From Macrostomum lignano (Eukaryota), in the NCBI GenBank assembly GCA_002269645.1, contig NIVC01000684.1, positions 62,001-126,000 on the forward strand: 64,000 nt of DNA, read 5' to 3'. Within the stretch, counting starts at the first letter, position 1. Each line of letters opens with the position of its first letter. Positions 1-11,058 of this stretch are shown here, in pieces. The position numbers and the translations under genes were made by a program. Below the pieces are notes generated by a model. That model did no database searches. It had not been told where the DNA came from and saw only the letters and a list, made by a program, of their open reading frames with translations.

Positions 1-1137
1 AGATCTGCTTGACTTTATTTAAGTACAATTTTGCAAGCCTTCTAGATCCTGGCTATCTTTCTAGGACTTTACCTTCTTCTAGCCATCTAATGTCATAAAA
101 TGCCTAACAAATAATACCAATTAAATGGGCAATGTCCTATCAGTGAAATGCTTGCATTGAGCAAAGCTGACACTGCCTTCTGGCTTCCATTTTTCCAGTC
201 TAGTGTTATGTTTTTGCAGTACCCAGTATGATACAATGAGGCCCTAATAATTGTGTATCACTAGGCCTAGATGCATCAATTGTTCTGCTATTATAATTTT
301 ATTTATTTATTTAAGTCTTAATTAGGACAATCAGGGCATTTGACTATTGGCAAACTAGCAGATCTAGAAATTTTAAAGTAGGGGAGAAGGGTAGATTGGT
401 CCAAATTTTTGGGTTGAGCCGAAATAAGCCCAAAATCAGCCCAAAATTACTATACCATACCTTATATACAAGTCTAGCCATAGCAAAAGAGAGGAGCTAT
501 TGCCCCCCCCCTTTGGCTCTCTTTCCTTAAATCACTAACAGCTGACTAAGGACAATTGATGCTTGCTAATTGTAGTAGGCCCCTGGCTATAGTACATTAA
601 TTTTTGGAAAAATGGCCTATTAAAATGTCATCTTAGCAAGTAGTACTTAGCCTAATAATAGGTCTAGATATTGAATTCAAACATTTTATTAAGTTTAGTC
701 AATGAAGTTTTAATGGAAAGCTCTATTACTTAGTCTTATCAAGGCATTTTAGGGATAAAAATATACATACCTAGGTTCTAGGATATATTTGTATTGTAGT
801 TAGGCTTAGCCATTAAATAGGCCTTACTTTGGATTGAATAAGTCAACTGGTCAAGATCACGGATACTATAAACACTAGATAGGCCACTCTGGCTAATTTT
901 CACAACATAACAGTTTATTCTACTTTCTGCTTAGTAGTAGTAAAAACATTTTTATATTAAAAAATTAAAAACCAATGAATACAATGCAGCAATTGTATTA
1001 TGATTTTATTTGCAAAAATAAACTTATAGTTTTACTTTTTCAGATAAAAAGCAATAGTGTGAATGCTTTAGATTGCATTGATGGCTAATTATTGCAGTCA
1101 GCTATTACACTTAGCAAATTTGAGCTATCATATGCTC

Positions 1138-1432
1138 CATACATGTGCAACCTCCAAAATTCGGTCAGCCGTGCGACTTAGTTTTAACAAAAATGCGACG
1201 TAGTTTTTGGCCAAAAATGCGACTTACATATAAAAAACCCGAAAGCAAAATCAACGCAACTTTGGGTAAACGGCAGGAGTAACTATGACTGTTTTATTAA
1301 GCTAAAATGCCTCGTCAGCTACTTAGTACTACTCCAGGTTATTTTTTGGGTGGGCATTTTTGCGACTTCCTTGATTGGCCGCCAAATCGGTCGGCCGGAT
1401 CGGCCGACTCGGCCGACTGTTGCGCATGTATG
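1138..1432. mobile_element. Non-autonomous hAT-like MITE (295 bp)
   Basis: TIR CATACATG(T/C)GCAAC at both ends, flanked by an identical 8-bp direct repeat ATATGCTC (1130-1137 and 1433-1440). Confidence 0.8.
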
Positions 1433-1645
1433 ATATGCTCCATATTCATTTAGCTAAATAGAATGATTTCTCATCAATTAATCAGCTCATCACAGTTTTT
1501 TTGTGAAACTTTTGCAGTGTGCTGCTCCTGCTCGTCGTTGCTCGCAGGCTTCTCATCTTTCAGCGGCACCAATGATGCAGTTGCAGCCGTGCAAACATGC
1601 TGTATACCCCCTGACGCTGCACATGTGCAGCATGTGAGCTACACG

Positions 1646-2006
1646 CTGGGTTTTTTTAAGGTTGGAAACCCTGTTGCCAGCTGGCCCTTGGGGCTCAAAA
1701 TCCAGTTGCCAATGGCTATTTTTAGTTGCCCATTGGCAACTAGCCAAATTCTCAAGGATGGATATTTCCAAGGCTGCACTTGAAAAGCAGAAATTTGTTC
1801 TCTCAACTCTAAGGTTGCTATCTATGCTCCAAACAATAACAAGCTAACAATTCTATCATATCGATTCATATGGCACTTTTATTACACTTACAAAATCATT
1901 TTCTTTTAAATTGGCAACTGGCATGGGGAAAATAAAGTTGCTAGATTGGCTTCTGATGCCAAAAATCCAGTTGCCAATGAGATTTTCAAGGGCCCAAAAA
2001 ACCCAG
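1646..2006. mobile_element. MITE with 8-bp TSD (361 bp)
   Basis: Ends CTGGGTTTTT...AAAAACCCAG; 8-bp TSD GCTACACG at 1638-1645 and 2007-2014; internal TTGCCA/TGGCAA subterminal repeats. Confidence 0.75.
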
Positions 2007-2523
2007 GCTACACGCCGGCTCTACCCTAGCTATAAAATTGTTGCCATCATTAGCTGGGGCAATTGAGGGTGTGTATGGTGACACAGCCTTCAGATGCAGC
2101 TAAGCTATCGGTTGTACATCTGCCTAATGAATGCAGATGTAATCAATTAATATTATTAATATTATCAGAGCTAGCAATAGCAGGGGCTTGCTCATTGCTC
2201 CAATGAAAGTGAATACAAATTTAGAGACAAAGAGAGAACTGTGAAACTATTAAAGCAGCTCAAAGGATAAGGGTCACACAAACTGCAGTACTTTTGTGCT
2301 TCAATTTTTATATGGCTAAAAGGCTTAAATATTCTAGCTTAGGTCTCTGTTTTGGGTAATAGTTTCAGCTTTTAGTAGCAACCTAGGTTCTAGATCTAGA
2401 ATTTTTGCCAACATTTGTGTGCATTTGCCAATTAGGAAAGGTATAATAAGTTATTATTTTAACGAATAATGTATGTACAATACTTTGCAGTTTCGATTAC
2501 TCGCCAGAATATCAGTTGCCAGC

Positions 2524-4364
2524 ATGACAACAGCCTCCTCTTCCACTGGCCAAGAAGTTGGCACCAGCTGGACAAAGTCAGTCTCTGGCAAGGGCGAATA
2601 TGTCCGCAAAGCGTCCCAATTTCGCAGCTGGATTTCCAGCGATAAATCCTCCGAATTTGCGGCTGAATCCGGTCGCTACCATCTGTACGTGTGCTACGCC
2701 TGTCCTTGGGCACATCGGACCCTGATAGTTCGCGAGCTCAAAGGCCTAACAGATGCCATCACTGTCAACGTAGTTGATTGGTATTTGAAGCCTGGAGGTT
2801 GGCGGTTCAGTCCGGATAAGCCCGAGTGCACAGCCGATGATGTTAATGGGTTTAACACTCTTCGCGAGGTGTACACCTCAGTTGATCCAGATTACTCCGC
2901 CAATATCACTGTACCTGTGCTGTACGATAAGAAAAAGCGAACCATAGTTAGCAATGAATCTGCTGAGATTATTATTATGCTAAACTCGGCATTCAATGGC
3001 GTGTGCGGCCGGGCCGACTTGGATCTCTATCCCGAAGAGTTGCGCGCTGAAATTGATTCGGTGAACGAATTTGTCTACAATAATGTTAATAATGGATTGT
3101 ACAGAGCCGGCTTTGCTACCGCTCAGGTGCGATGTTTTTCTGTCTTAGAATTCTTGTCAGTCTAGTCTTTGTAGTTTCAAGTTTATTTACCAGAGAATTT
3201 GATGAAAAGTAACTAAAATGTATGTCATTACTGTTAGATAGAGAAAGTCAGGCTTGTAGTGGTAGAAGTGTATAATTGTGGTAGTTAGGACACCACGTTT
3301 ACATCCCTCATCAAGACATTAGTTAGAGTTAGAGGCAGGGTCTGTCTGTGTGCACCCTGGCGCACTTTAAGCGACATTGTCACACAACCGGCGAGAGGCA
3401 TTAGTGCCCATTCCGCCGACTCCCTTGAGCAGACACAAACAACCACAGGCACACACTCACACAGGAGTGCACAGCGGCCCCAACTTTATTTATCGCTAGG
3501 CATGTACACTTCACTGCGCCTTTAGGGGTTGTCCCTCAAAGCTGTTAATTGCACGAGCAGAGCCAAGCCGATTCCAATTTATCCCCAAATCAATGTGACT
3601 ACACTTGGAATCGAGCCTGGGCCGCTGGCTACAGAGCTACAGTTCCCTTGAGTCCCCTCCCATCAAGACATTTTTAGAAGTTTTTCCCATCATGTTTACA
3701 TAAGGTGCCAGTAGCTAAAAGTCTTAAATACAAAAATTAAGCAGATCGCCGTGGCATTTGAAGACCAGAAATTGAGTTACATTATTCCATTTTCAAGTTT
3801 ATTTTCGACGATCTTGTGAAATTCTAAAGTTTTAAGAAAGTCTATCTAAAGTTCCAGCCTATCAAACGCCTCCATAGGAGGTACAGAAGTACACAAGATA
3901 ATATTTTAGATAATCATAGGCTAGCCTAGCTTTTTAATAATGTGCAAAAAAACTACTTGTGAGTCTCTTTTGCACTGCAGGAGCCATATGATGAAGCGGT
4001 TACAAAGCTATTTAACGCTCTGGACGATCTAGAAAATCGCCTATCAACCAGACGCTACTTGGTTGGCTCGCCAAAATCTCGTTTAACACTAGCCGATGTA
4101 CGCTTATTCACCACTCTAATCCGATTCGATTGGGTCTATCATCAGCACTTCAAGTGCAATCTGCGACAGCTGGTCGACTATCCGAATCTATGGAAATTCA
4201 CTCGCGATATCTACCAACTGCCGGGCGTGTCTGGCACAGTTAATAAAGAGCACATTCGCAAGCACTATATGATGAGTCATGCTCAGATTAATCCGCACGG
4301 AATTGTGCCAATTGGGCCTCAGTTTGATTTGGATAAGCCGCACGATCGAGAGAAGCTGTCTTGA
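2524..4364 (+). CDS. Glutathionyl-hydroquinone reductase (Xi-class/ECM4-YqjG-like GST); join(2524..3126,3981..4364), 328 aa; may start further upstream (genomic ATG at 2473 or SL AUG at acceptor 2490)
   Basis: Motifs GEYVRKASQFR, GRYHLYV.YACPWAHRTLI (catalytic CPWA), TVPVLYD, VSNESAEII, NNGLYRAGFA, TLADVRLFTTLIRFD.VY..HFKCN, INPHGIVPIGP. Phase-0 GT-AG intron 3127-3980 joins FATAQ to EPYDEAV. Confidence 0.93.
3330..3655 (-). mobile_element. tRNA-type SINE-like dispersed repeat, in the GHR intron
   Basis: Minus strand has a B-box-like GGCTCGATTCC followed by a body shared with copies at about 7330-7600, 30040-30190, 31850-31985, 35170-35450 and 41950-42130. Confidence 0.65.
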
Positions 4365-5229
4365 ATGTTTTTAACTGTTGTTTCGATCTGTGTACTTTTG
4401 TAAGCGTTTGTACATTTTATAAGCCTAATTTGGATATGAGCTTATGATAATATAGAAAGGAGAAAGTTAACAACAGTGCTACTTGCCCCTGAACTTTGAG
4501 ACTATTGGTGAATTGCAATGTGAGAGCTACTATGTAATGAGGGGTCAGCTTCTCCTAGTTCATTTTCCATTAAAAAATCTTGGTCACTGGCAGTACTTGT
4601 GATTTTCAAACGATCGAACTATTATTTTTACCATAGACTATGGTACATCCATTTTTACTTGTGCATTGAACTCATTATAGCACATAAATAGCACATCAGT
4701 TTCTTACTCAGCAAAACAGAAGTGTTTTTTAAATTGGGGTAGTGGCACTGTAAATGTGCTTTCCAGTAGTTTCTATCGACAGTTTTTTTTCTTTTTTTTC
4801 AATACATTACTTTCCATGACTTAGTAGTAGAATGTGACAATTTTTCATATTTACAAATTCAACTGTTTAGTAGAACATTTTTTATCCACATTATCCAAAT
4901 GAACACACTAGTAGAAAAATCTCACGGCTCTCACGGCAAGTTTTATTGGCGTGTTTCTTCTTTACCGGTACAGCTGAAACTTTTTATTGCAACAATACAT
5001 TTATTTATTCTTATAGTAGCAATGCTGGCATTGGATTAGTAAAAGCCCAATCAACCTTTACTGTTTGACATTATTTTCCAACAATAAAGAAGCAAATAAA
5101 ATTTATTCCATTTCTTGTTTTTCAATAATTGACTTTTGACCTTTAGTTAAATTTATGATTCACTTTGCGGCTCCATTTGTTTTTGAAGAATTATCTTCAA
5201 CTGATTAATTATGTATTACGGAGCTTTTA

Positions 5230-5693
5230 GAAGGACTAGAAGGGTGGCATCTCTACCAGAAGGACAAGAAGGGAGGCATCTCTACCAGAAGGACAAGAAG
5301 GGAGGCATCTCTACCAGAAGGACAAGAAGGGTGGCATCTCTACCAGAAGGACTAGAAGGGTGGGGTCTCTACCAGAAGGACCAGAAGGGTTGGATCTCTA
5401 CCAGAAGGACAAGAAGGGTGGCATCTCTACCAAAAGGACAAGAAGGGAGGCATCTCTACCAGAAGGACTAGAAGGGTGGGGTCTCTACCAGAAGGACTAG
5501 AAGGGTGGGATCTCTACCAGAAGGACTAGAAGGGTGGCATCTCTACCAGAAGGACTAGAAGGGTGGCATCTCTACCAGAAGGACTAGAAGGGGCATCTCT
5601 ACCAGAAGGACTAGAAGGGTGGCATCTCTACCAGAAGGACTAAAAGGGTGGCATCTCTACCAGAAGGACTACAAGGGTTGGATCTCTACCAGA
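5230..5693. repeat. 29-bp minisatellite (GAAGGACTAGAAGGGTGGCATCTCTACCA)n, about 16 copies
   Basis: Direct inspection of tandem units; explains the artefactual ORF 5211..5471. Confidence 0.95.
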
Positions 5694-5790
5694 ACAGTCA
5701 GTCTTTTAAAACTTCAATTCAGAGAGACGTTCAATTGCCATTTTATGAATATAAAATTGCTAAATAATTGACACTTGTAAGTAAATAATC

Positions 5791-8637
5791 ATGAGAGCTA
5801 TGCTCAATAAATACCGGTGTGTGCCCCGTGGCCTGCTCACCCAATATTGTCGCATTTTGAGCACAGGAATTCAACCAAATGGCCAGATTGAGCTTCGTAC
5901 CGGACTGTTTGGCCGGTTAAACATTGCGTCTTCGAATCGCCCTGTAGAAATTGCTTCATTGGATCCCAATATGCATCATGATATTGACCGAGTGCTGGTG
6001 TCTCGAGCTGACAGTGATGAGGAAGCTAAAATTAAGGCTAATGGTGGAGAGTCTGTCGGTGCTGCATTTGCGGTTGCTAAGCAGACTGGAGAGCGCGAAT
6101 GGTTGATTGAGTCAGTTTCGGCTACTGATTGTGTGACTAATCATGAACAGAAGTCGATGAATTTAGCACCTCTGCGTGCAATGGTAAGATTTCACGGTTG
6201 CTGATCTTCCTTCTAGATCCTCGGTTGATTAACTGTAGAAATGCCATGCCATTTTTTCGACAACTTTCCATACCTTTCCATACGTACACCCGTAACTTTT
6301 CAATTGAGCCGCGGCTGTCTTTTTTTAAAATTTCGCACATTTTTTCATGCATCGTATTGCAAGCTAATTATTTTAGCTGATAGCATGTTAAAAATAATGG
6401 AGCGACTGAAGGAGAATGACTTATAGAAGCGCTATAAGTGCGCTAAATTTCGCGTCAGAATGGTTTTTATAACAATTCAAAGAATAATCGACTTTGACTA
6501 TGGTTACTGCATAGAACCTAAATTAATCAATATGATAAAAAAAACATTGCTAAATAATCAAGATTAGAACGATAAAAATGCGGACAATAATTTTTTCGAA
6601 GTTTTTATCAAGGTGTCTATAGCTACCTAGTGCCGTCCGCTGAAGTTCCAAAAGCTTTAGGAGGTTCAGGGCAGTAGCCAACCGTAATCTGAGATGATGC
6701 AGATACCTGGGTACGTATGGACGTACTGAACGCTTTGCAAGATCGCAATAAAATATTGAAAGCCTCAGTATTTTTCTGACTAAATCGTTGCATATCTTGA
6801 TGATCTGTAGGTGTGGCGACAATTGATTCTTGTTTGAAAATGTGTGCAACAAACTTTTTAACGCCGTGTTCTTGAATTTCGCGTGTCTGATTTGCTCTGT
6901 TTTGGTAGTGCTGTTATTAAATAGCCTCCCATATCCCATTTGCTTACAAGCCTGACTTCTAGACTTTAGATTTCTTATTGCGTTTTCGATGTTTGTTTAC
7001 TACGAGTATCCATATCCACACCCAGATCCCGATTCCAATGGACCTCGGCGTCACAGCTGGTTGCGTTGGCTGCTCAATTTCTGTAATTGAAAATCGTAAA
7101 ATCGACTTAGTCGCCAAGTCGTCTTCATTAACTATTGAGTTTAGCTTAAACCGAGTCAAAAGTGAAGAAGTCAACGTGTCAGCTGATGAAGGTTCAACTC
7201 TTCTCAAGTTTAATAAAACTGTGCTACATACTTTAAATGCAAGAGCTCGGGATAGTCTCTCTTTACAAAGTGCTGCTATGTACCAGGTAATTATATTAGC
7301 TTTCATTTGAATATTTAGTAAATCCACCTATAACGGTGCGCATCACCCAGAGGTGCAACATCTCTGTAACAACCAGCGCTGTTAGAACTCACTCTGTCCA
7401 TTTCGCTGACTCCTGAGTACATGCAAGCGTGCAGGCAGGACTGTACGCAGGCACGGCACTCGTACACACGCTCATACAGGGTGCACAAGCGGCCCCGACT
7501 TTCTAAATGTACACTCTAGCTGCAGGTGCCTCTCAGGGCTGGCCCTCATAATTGTGAATCGGACGACCACACACTGGTCGATATTCGTGCACACAAGCCC
7601 TGAATGAATCAAGGACAACTCCAGTAGAAGGACGGGAAATTACGTTTCTTAGAAAAAGTTAAGGAGCCTTTTTTGCGGAAAAATAGCTAGACTACGGAGA
7701 TTGGAACTTTCCAGGTTTTTCATACTAAAATTTTTATTGCTTTTGATAGGAGGCAGACCCAATGTTCATCTTTTGATATGTTTTGCCTTTCTTATAGCTC
7801 TATTGATATTCATAAATCTGAACGAAAAATTTAAAAGCTTTATGAATATTAATAGAGCTATAAGAAAGGCACAACATATCAAAAGATGAACATTGGGTCT
7901 GCCTCCTATCGAAAGCAATAACAATTTTAAAATGAAAGCGTAGTGTATTTTTTCGGCGAAAACCAGCCTACCGGTATTATTCAAAACCTTCAATTTTCAA
8001 GCACTTAAAGTAACGCAATGTTTATATTTATCCACAGGGCTCAGAACTGAATTTAGAGTGCAACAACGGCCTCGTTGCTATGCAAGCCAACGCACTTTAC
8101 TGTCGCAACTGCAACCTACAAGGCGGTCAAGTCAGTGTTCGCTGCGGCAGTGCACACGGCAATTTCCGGGTCAGTTCAGACGGTGCAGAGGCCAGCAGTT
8201 TAGACGTTGACAGTTTAGAAGGCAGCCTGGAAGCTAGACTGCTCTACGGAGATGTCCGACTGCACCTGACCCGGCCTAATCAGATTGAGCTCGATATTGG
8301 CGAAGGTTGCATCGATTTGAGTCTACAACCGCCAAATATTGAGGATAGTAGTAAGAATGTTAATACAAACCATCGGCACAGTCTGTTATTGGATGTCACT
8401 GCTCCGGAAATAGACTTGGAAGGCAGCGAGTTGGCTCACCTGAGCGATAGCCGATTTCCATTGGGTCCGCATGCTGTTAGACTTGTTGTTGAATTGCCCT
8501 GTTTAGCACCGCTGAATAGCAGTGGCGGAGATGCTGGCAGTTCGACTTGCAGTGTGAAACTGCGGTCAGGTCGAGTGAAAATTAGTCAGCATGCAGCCAG
8601 CGGTCTGTTTGCCTGGCTGAGTTCCGGTACGGTTTAG
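5791..8637 (+). CDS. FAM185A: FAM185A-like (DUF4097/adhesin-like beta-helix) protein; join(5791..6183,7026..7286,8038..8637), 417 aa
   Basis: Three exons joined by phase-0 GT-AG introns. Segments SLDPNMHHDIDRVLVS, YQGSELNLECNNG...ANALYC and GSAHGNFRVSSD...DVDSLEGSLEA align by eye with FAM185A (LDPLTYPDGDRVLV; LQGSSVTVSTEDG..AKYLY; GSVHGNITL..ITVDSSSGCLKA). The Arg-rich N-terminus resembles a mitochondrial presequence. Confidence 0.8.
7330..7600 (-). mobile_element. Diverged copy of the SINE-like family, in FAM185A intron 2
   Basis: Shares the core GGTGCACAAGCGGCCCCGACTTT...ATGTACACT with the 3330-3655 copy. Confidence 0.5.
7624..8005. mobile_element. Palindromic MITE (GTAG(AA)GGACG-ended family), in FAM185A intron 2
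   Basis: Long inverted repeat (about 7700-7810 vs 7838-7990, e.g. GATAGGAGGCAGACCCAATGTTCATCTTTTGATATG and its reverse complement); related copies at 12540-12884 and 26735-27341. Confidence 0.75.
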
Positions 8638-9099
8638 TAAACCGATCGGCTTTAGTACCTGTAACGTGCAGCTCAGATAAAATGATTTGATTAGTGTTGA
8701 TTGATCTTAGTAAAACCTGTTGTTTTATGACATTGCCTATTACGGCAAGCGTTTTCGATTATAATTTGACCCTTAGAGCCTCGTTCATACCGTCATGAGC
8801 AAAGTGACGTTTAACGACCAACATATGCACTATAATTGTTTCTATTGTTAAATGTCTTATAAGTGACTTAAGTTATAATATATTTTACATAATGAATTTT
8901 TTTGTTCAATGAAATAGAACAGCTTTGTAACACAGCTTTGTAAATATTTGTTAATCGTTTCGAGCTTCTTATTTCGATTTAAAATTGATAAAAATTGATG
9001 CATCAGTAACTAGATAGAGAAAACGTTTCTTTTTGTGTATAGGATAACGGCACCGCCTTGCTAGACCGACCAATTTATGGTTTTTGTTTTTTAGAGAAA

Positions 9100-11008
9100 A
9101 GTGACAGGAGAGAAGGGAGAGGGGAGGAGGGAAAGAGAGAATGGAGAGAAGGGAGAGAGAACGGAGAGAAGGGAGAGAGAACGGAGAGAAAGTAGAGGAG
9201 AGGACGGAGAGATGGGAGAGGGAAGGAGGGAGAGGAGAGAACGGAGAGATGGGAGAGGGAAGGAGGGAGAGAAGAGAACGGAGAGAAGGGAGAGGGGAGG
9301 AGGGAAAGAGAGAATGGAGAGAAGGGAGAGAGAACGGAGAGAAGGGAGAGAGAACGGAGAGAAAGTAGAGGAGAGGACGGAGAGATGGGAGAGGGAAGGA
9401 GGGAGAGGAGAGAACGGAGAGAAGGGAGAGGGAAGGAGGGAGAGAAGAGAACGGAGAGAAGGGAGAGGAGAGAACGGAGAGATGAGAGGGGGAAAGAGGG
9501 AGAGGAGAGGAGAGGACGGCGAGATGGGAGAGGGAAGCAGGGAGAGAGAGAACGGAGAGAAGGGAGAGGAGAGGACGGAGAGATGGTAGAGGGAAGGAGG
9601 GAGAGGAGAGAACGGAGAGATGGGAGTGGGAAGGAGGGAGAGGAGAGAACGGAGAGATGGGAGAGAGAACGGAGAGAAGGGAGAGGAGAGGACGGAGAGA
9701 TGGGAGAGAGAACGGAGAGAAGGGAGAGGAGAGGACGGAGAGATGGGAGAGGGAAGGAGGGAGAGGAGAGGAGAGAAGGGAGAGGAGAGGATGGAGAGAT
9801 GGGAAAGGGAAGGAGGGAGAGGAGAGAAGGGAGGGGAGAGGGAAGGAGGGAGAGAGAGAACGGAGAGGAGAGAACGGAGAGATGGGAGAGGGAAAGAGGG
9901 AGAGGAGAGGACGGAGAGAAGGGAGAGAGAACGGAAAGAAGGGAGAGGAGAGAACGGAGAGATGGGAGAGGGAAAGAAGGGAGAGGAGAGGACGGAGAGA
10001 TGGGAGAGGGAAAGAAGGGAGAGGAGAGAACGGAGAGAAGGGAGAGAGAACGGAAAGATGGGAGAGGAGAGAACGGAGAGATGGGAGAGGGAAAGAAGGG
10101 AGAGGAGAGGACGGAGAGATGGGAGAGGGAAAGAAGGGAGAGGAGAGGACGGAGAGATGGGAGAGGGAAAGAGGGAGAGGAGAGGACGGAGAGATGGGAG
10201 AGGGAAAGAAGGGAGAGGAGAGGACGGAGAGATGGGAGAGGGAAAGAGGGAGAGGAGAGGACGGAGAGATGGGAGAGGGAAAGAAGGGAGAGGAGAGGAC
10301 GGAGAGATGGGAGAGGGAAAGAGGGAGAGGAGAGGACGGAGAGATGGGAGAGGGAAAGAAGGGAGAGGAGAGGACGGAGAGATGGGAGAGGGAAAGAGGG
10401 AGAGGAGAGGACGGAGATAAGGGAGAGAGAACGGAAAGAAGGGAGAGGAGAGGACGGAGAGATGGGAGAGGGAAAGAAGGGAGAGGAGAGAACGGAGAGA
10501 AGAGAGAGAGAACGGAAAGAAGGGAGAGGAGAGAACGGAGAGATGGGAGAGGGAAAGAAGGGAGAGGAGAGGACGGAGAGATGGGAGAGGGAAAGAAGGG
10601 AGAGGAGAGAACGGAGAGAAGGGAGAGAGAACGGAAAGAAGGGAGAGGAGAGAACGGAGAGATGGGAGAGGGAAAGAAGGGAGAGGAGAGGACGGAGAGA
10701 TGGGAGAGGGAAAGAAGGGAGAGGAGAGGACGGAGAGATGGGAGAGGGAAAGAGGGAGAGGAGAGGACGGAGAGATGGGAGAGGGAAAGAAGGGAGAGGA
10801 GAGGACGGAGAGATGGGAGAGGGAAAGAGGGAGAGGAGAGGACGGAGAGATGGGAGAGGGAAAGAAGGGAGAGGAGAGGACGGAGAGATGGGAGAGGGAA
10901 AGAGGGAGAGGAGAGGACGGAGAGATGGGAGAGGGAAAGAAGGGACTCCAGGGAGAGGAGAGGACGGAGAGATGGGAGAGGGAAAGAGGGAGAGGAGAGG
11001 ACGGAGAT
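9100..11008. repeat. 1.9-kb polypurine/polypyrimidine complex minisatellite (GGAGAGGAGAGGACGGAGAGATGGGAGAGGGAAAGAAG-type units)
   Basis: The plus strand is almost only G and A. All ORFs between 9091 and 11032 are low-complexity artefacts. Confidence 0.95.
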
Positions 11009-11058
11009 AAGCCCATAATACTTAATTCGTAATTCTCTATTTGATTGTTTTTTACCAG

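Noticed and set aside
6550-6939. 129-aa minus-strand ORF inside FAM185A intron 1
   Set aside because: AT-rich, no recognisable motif, no supporting splice structure.
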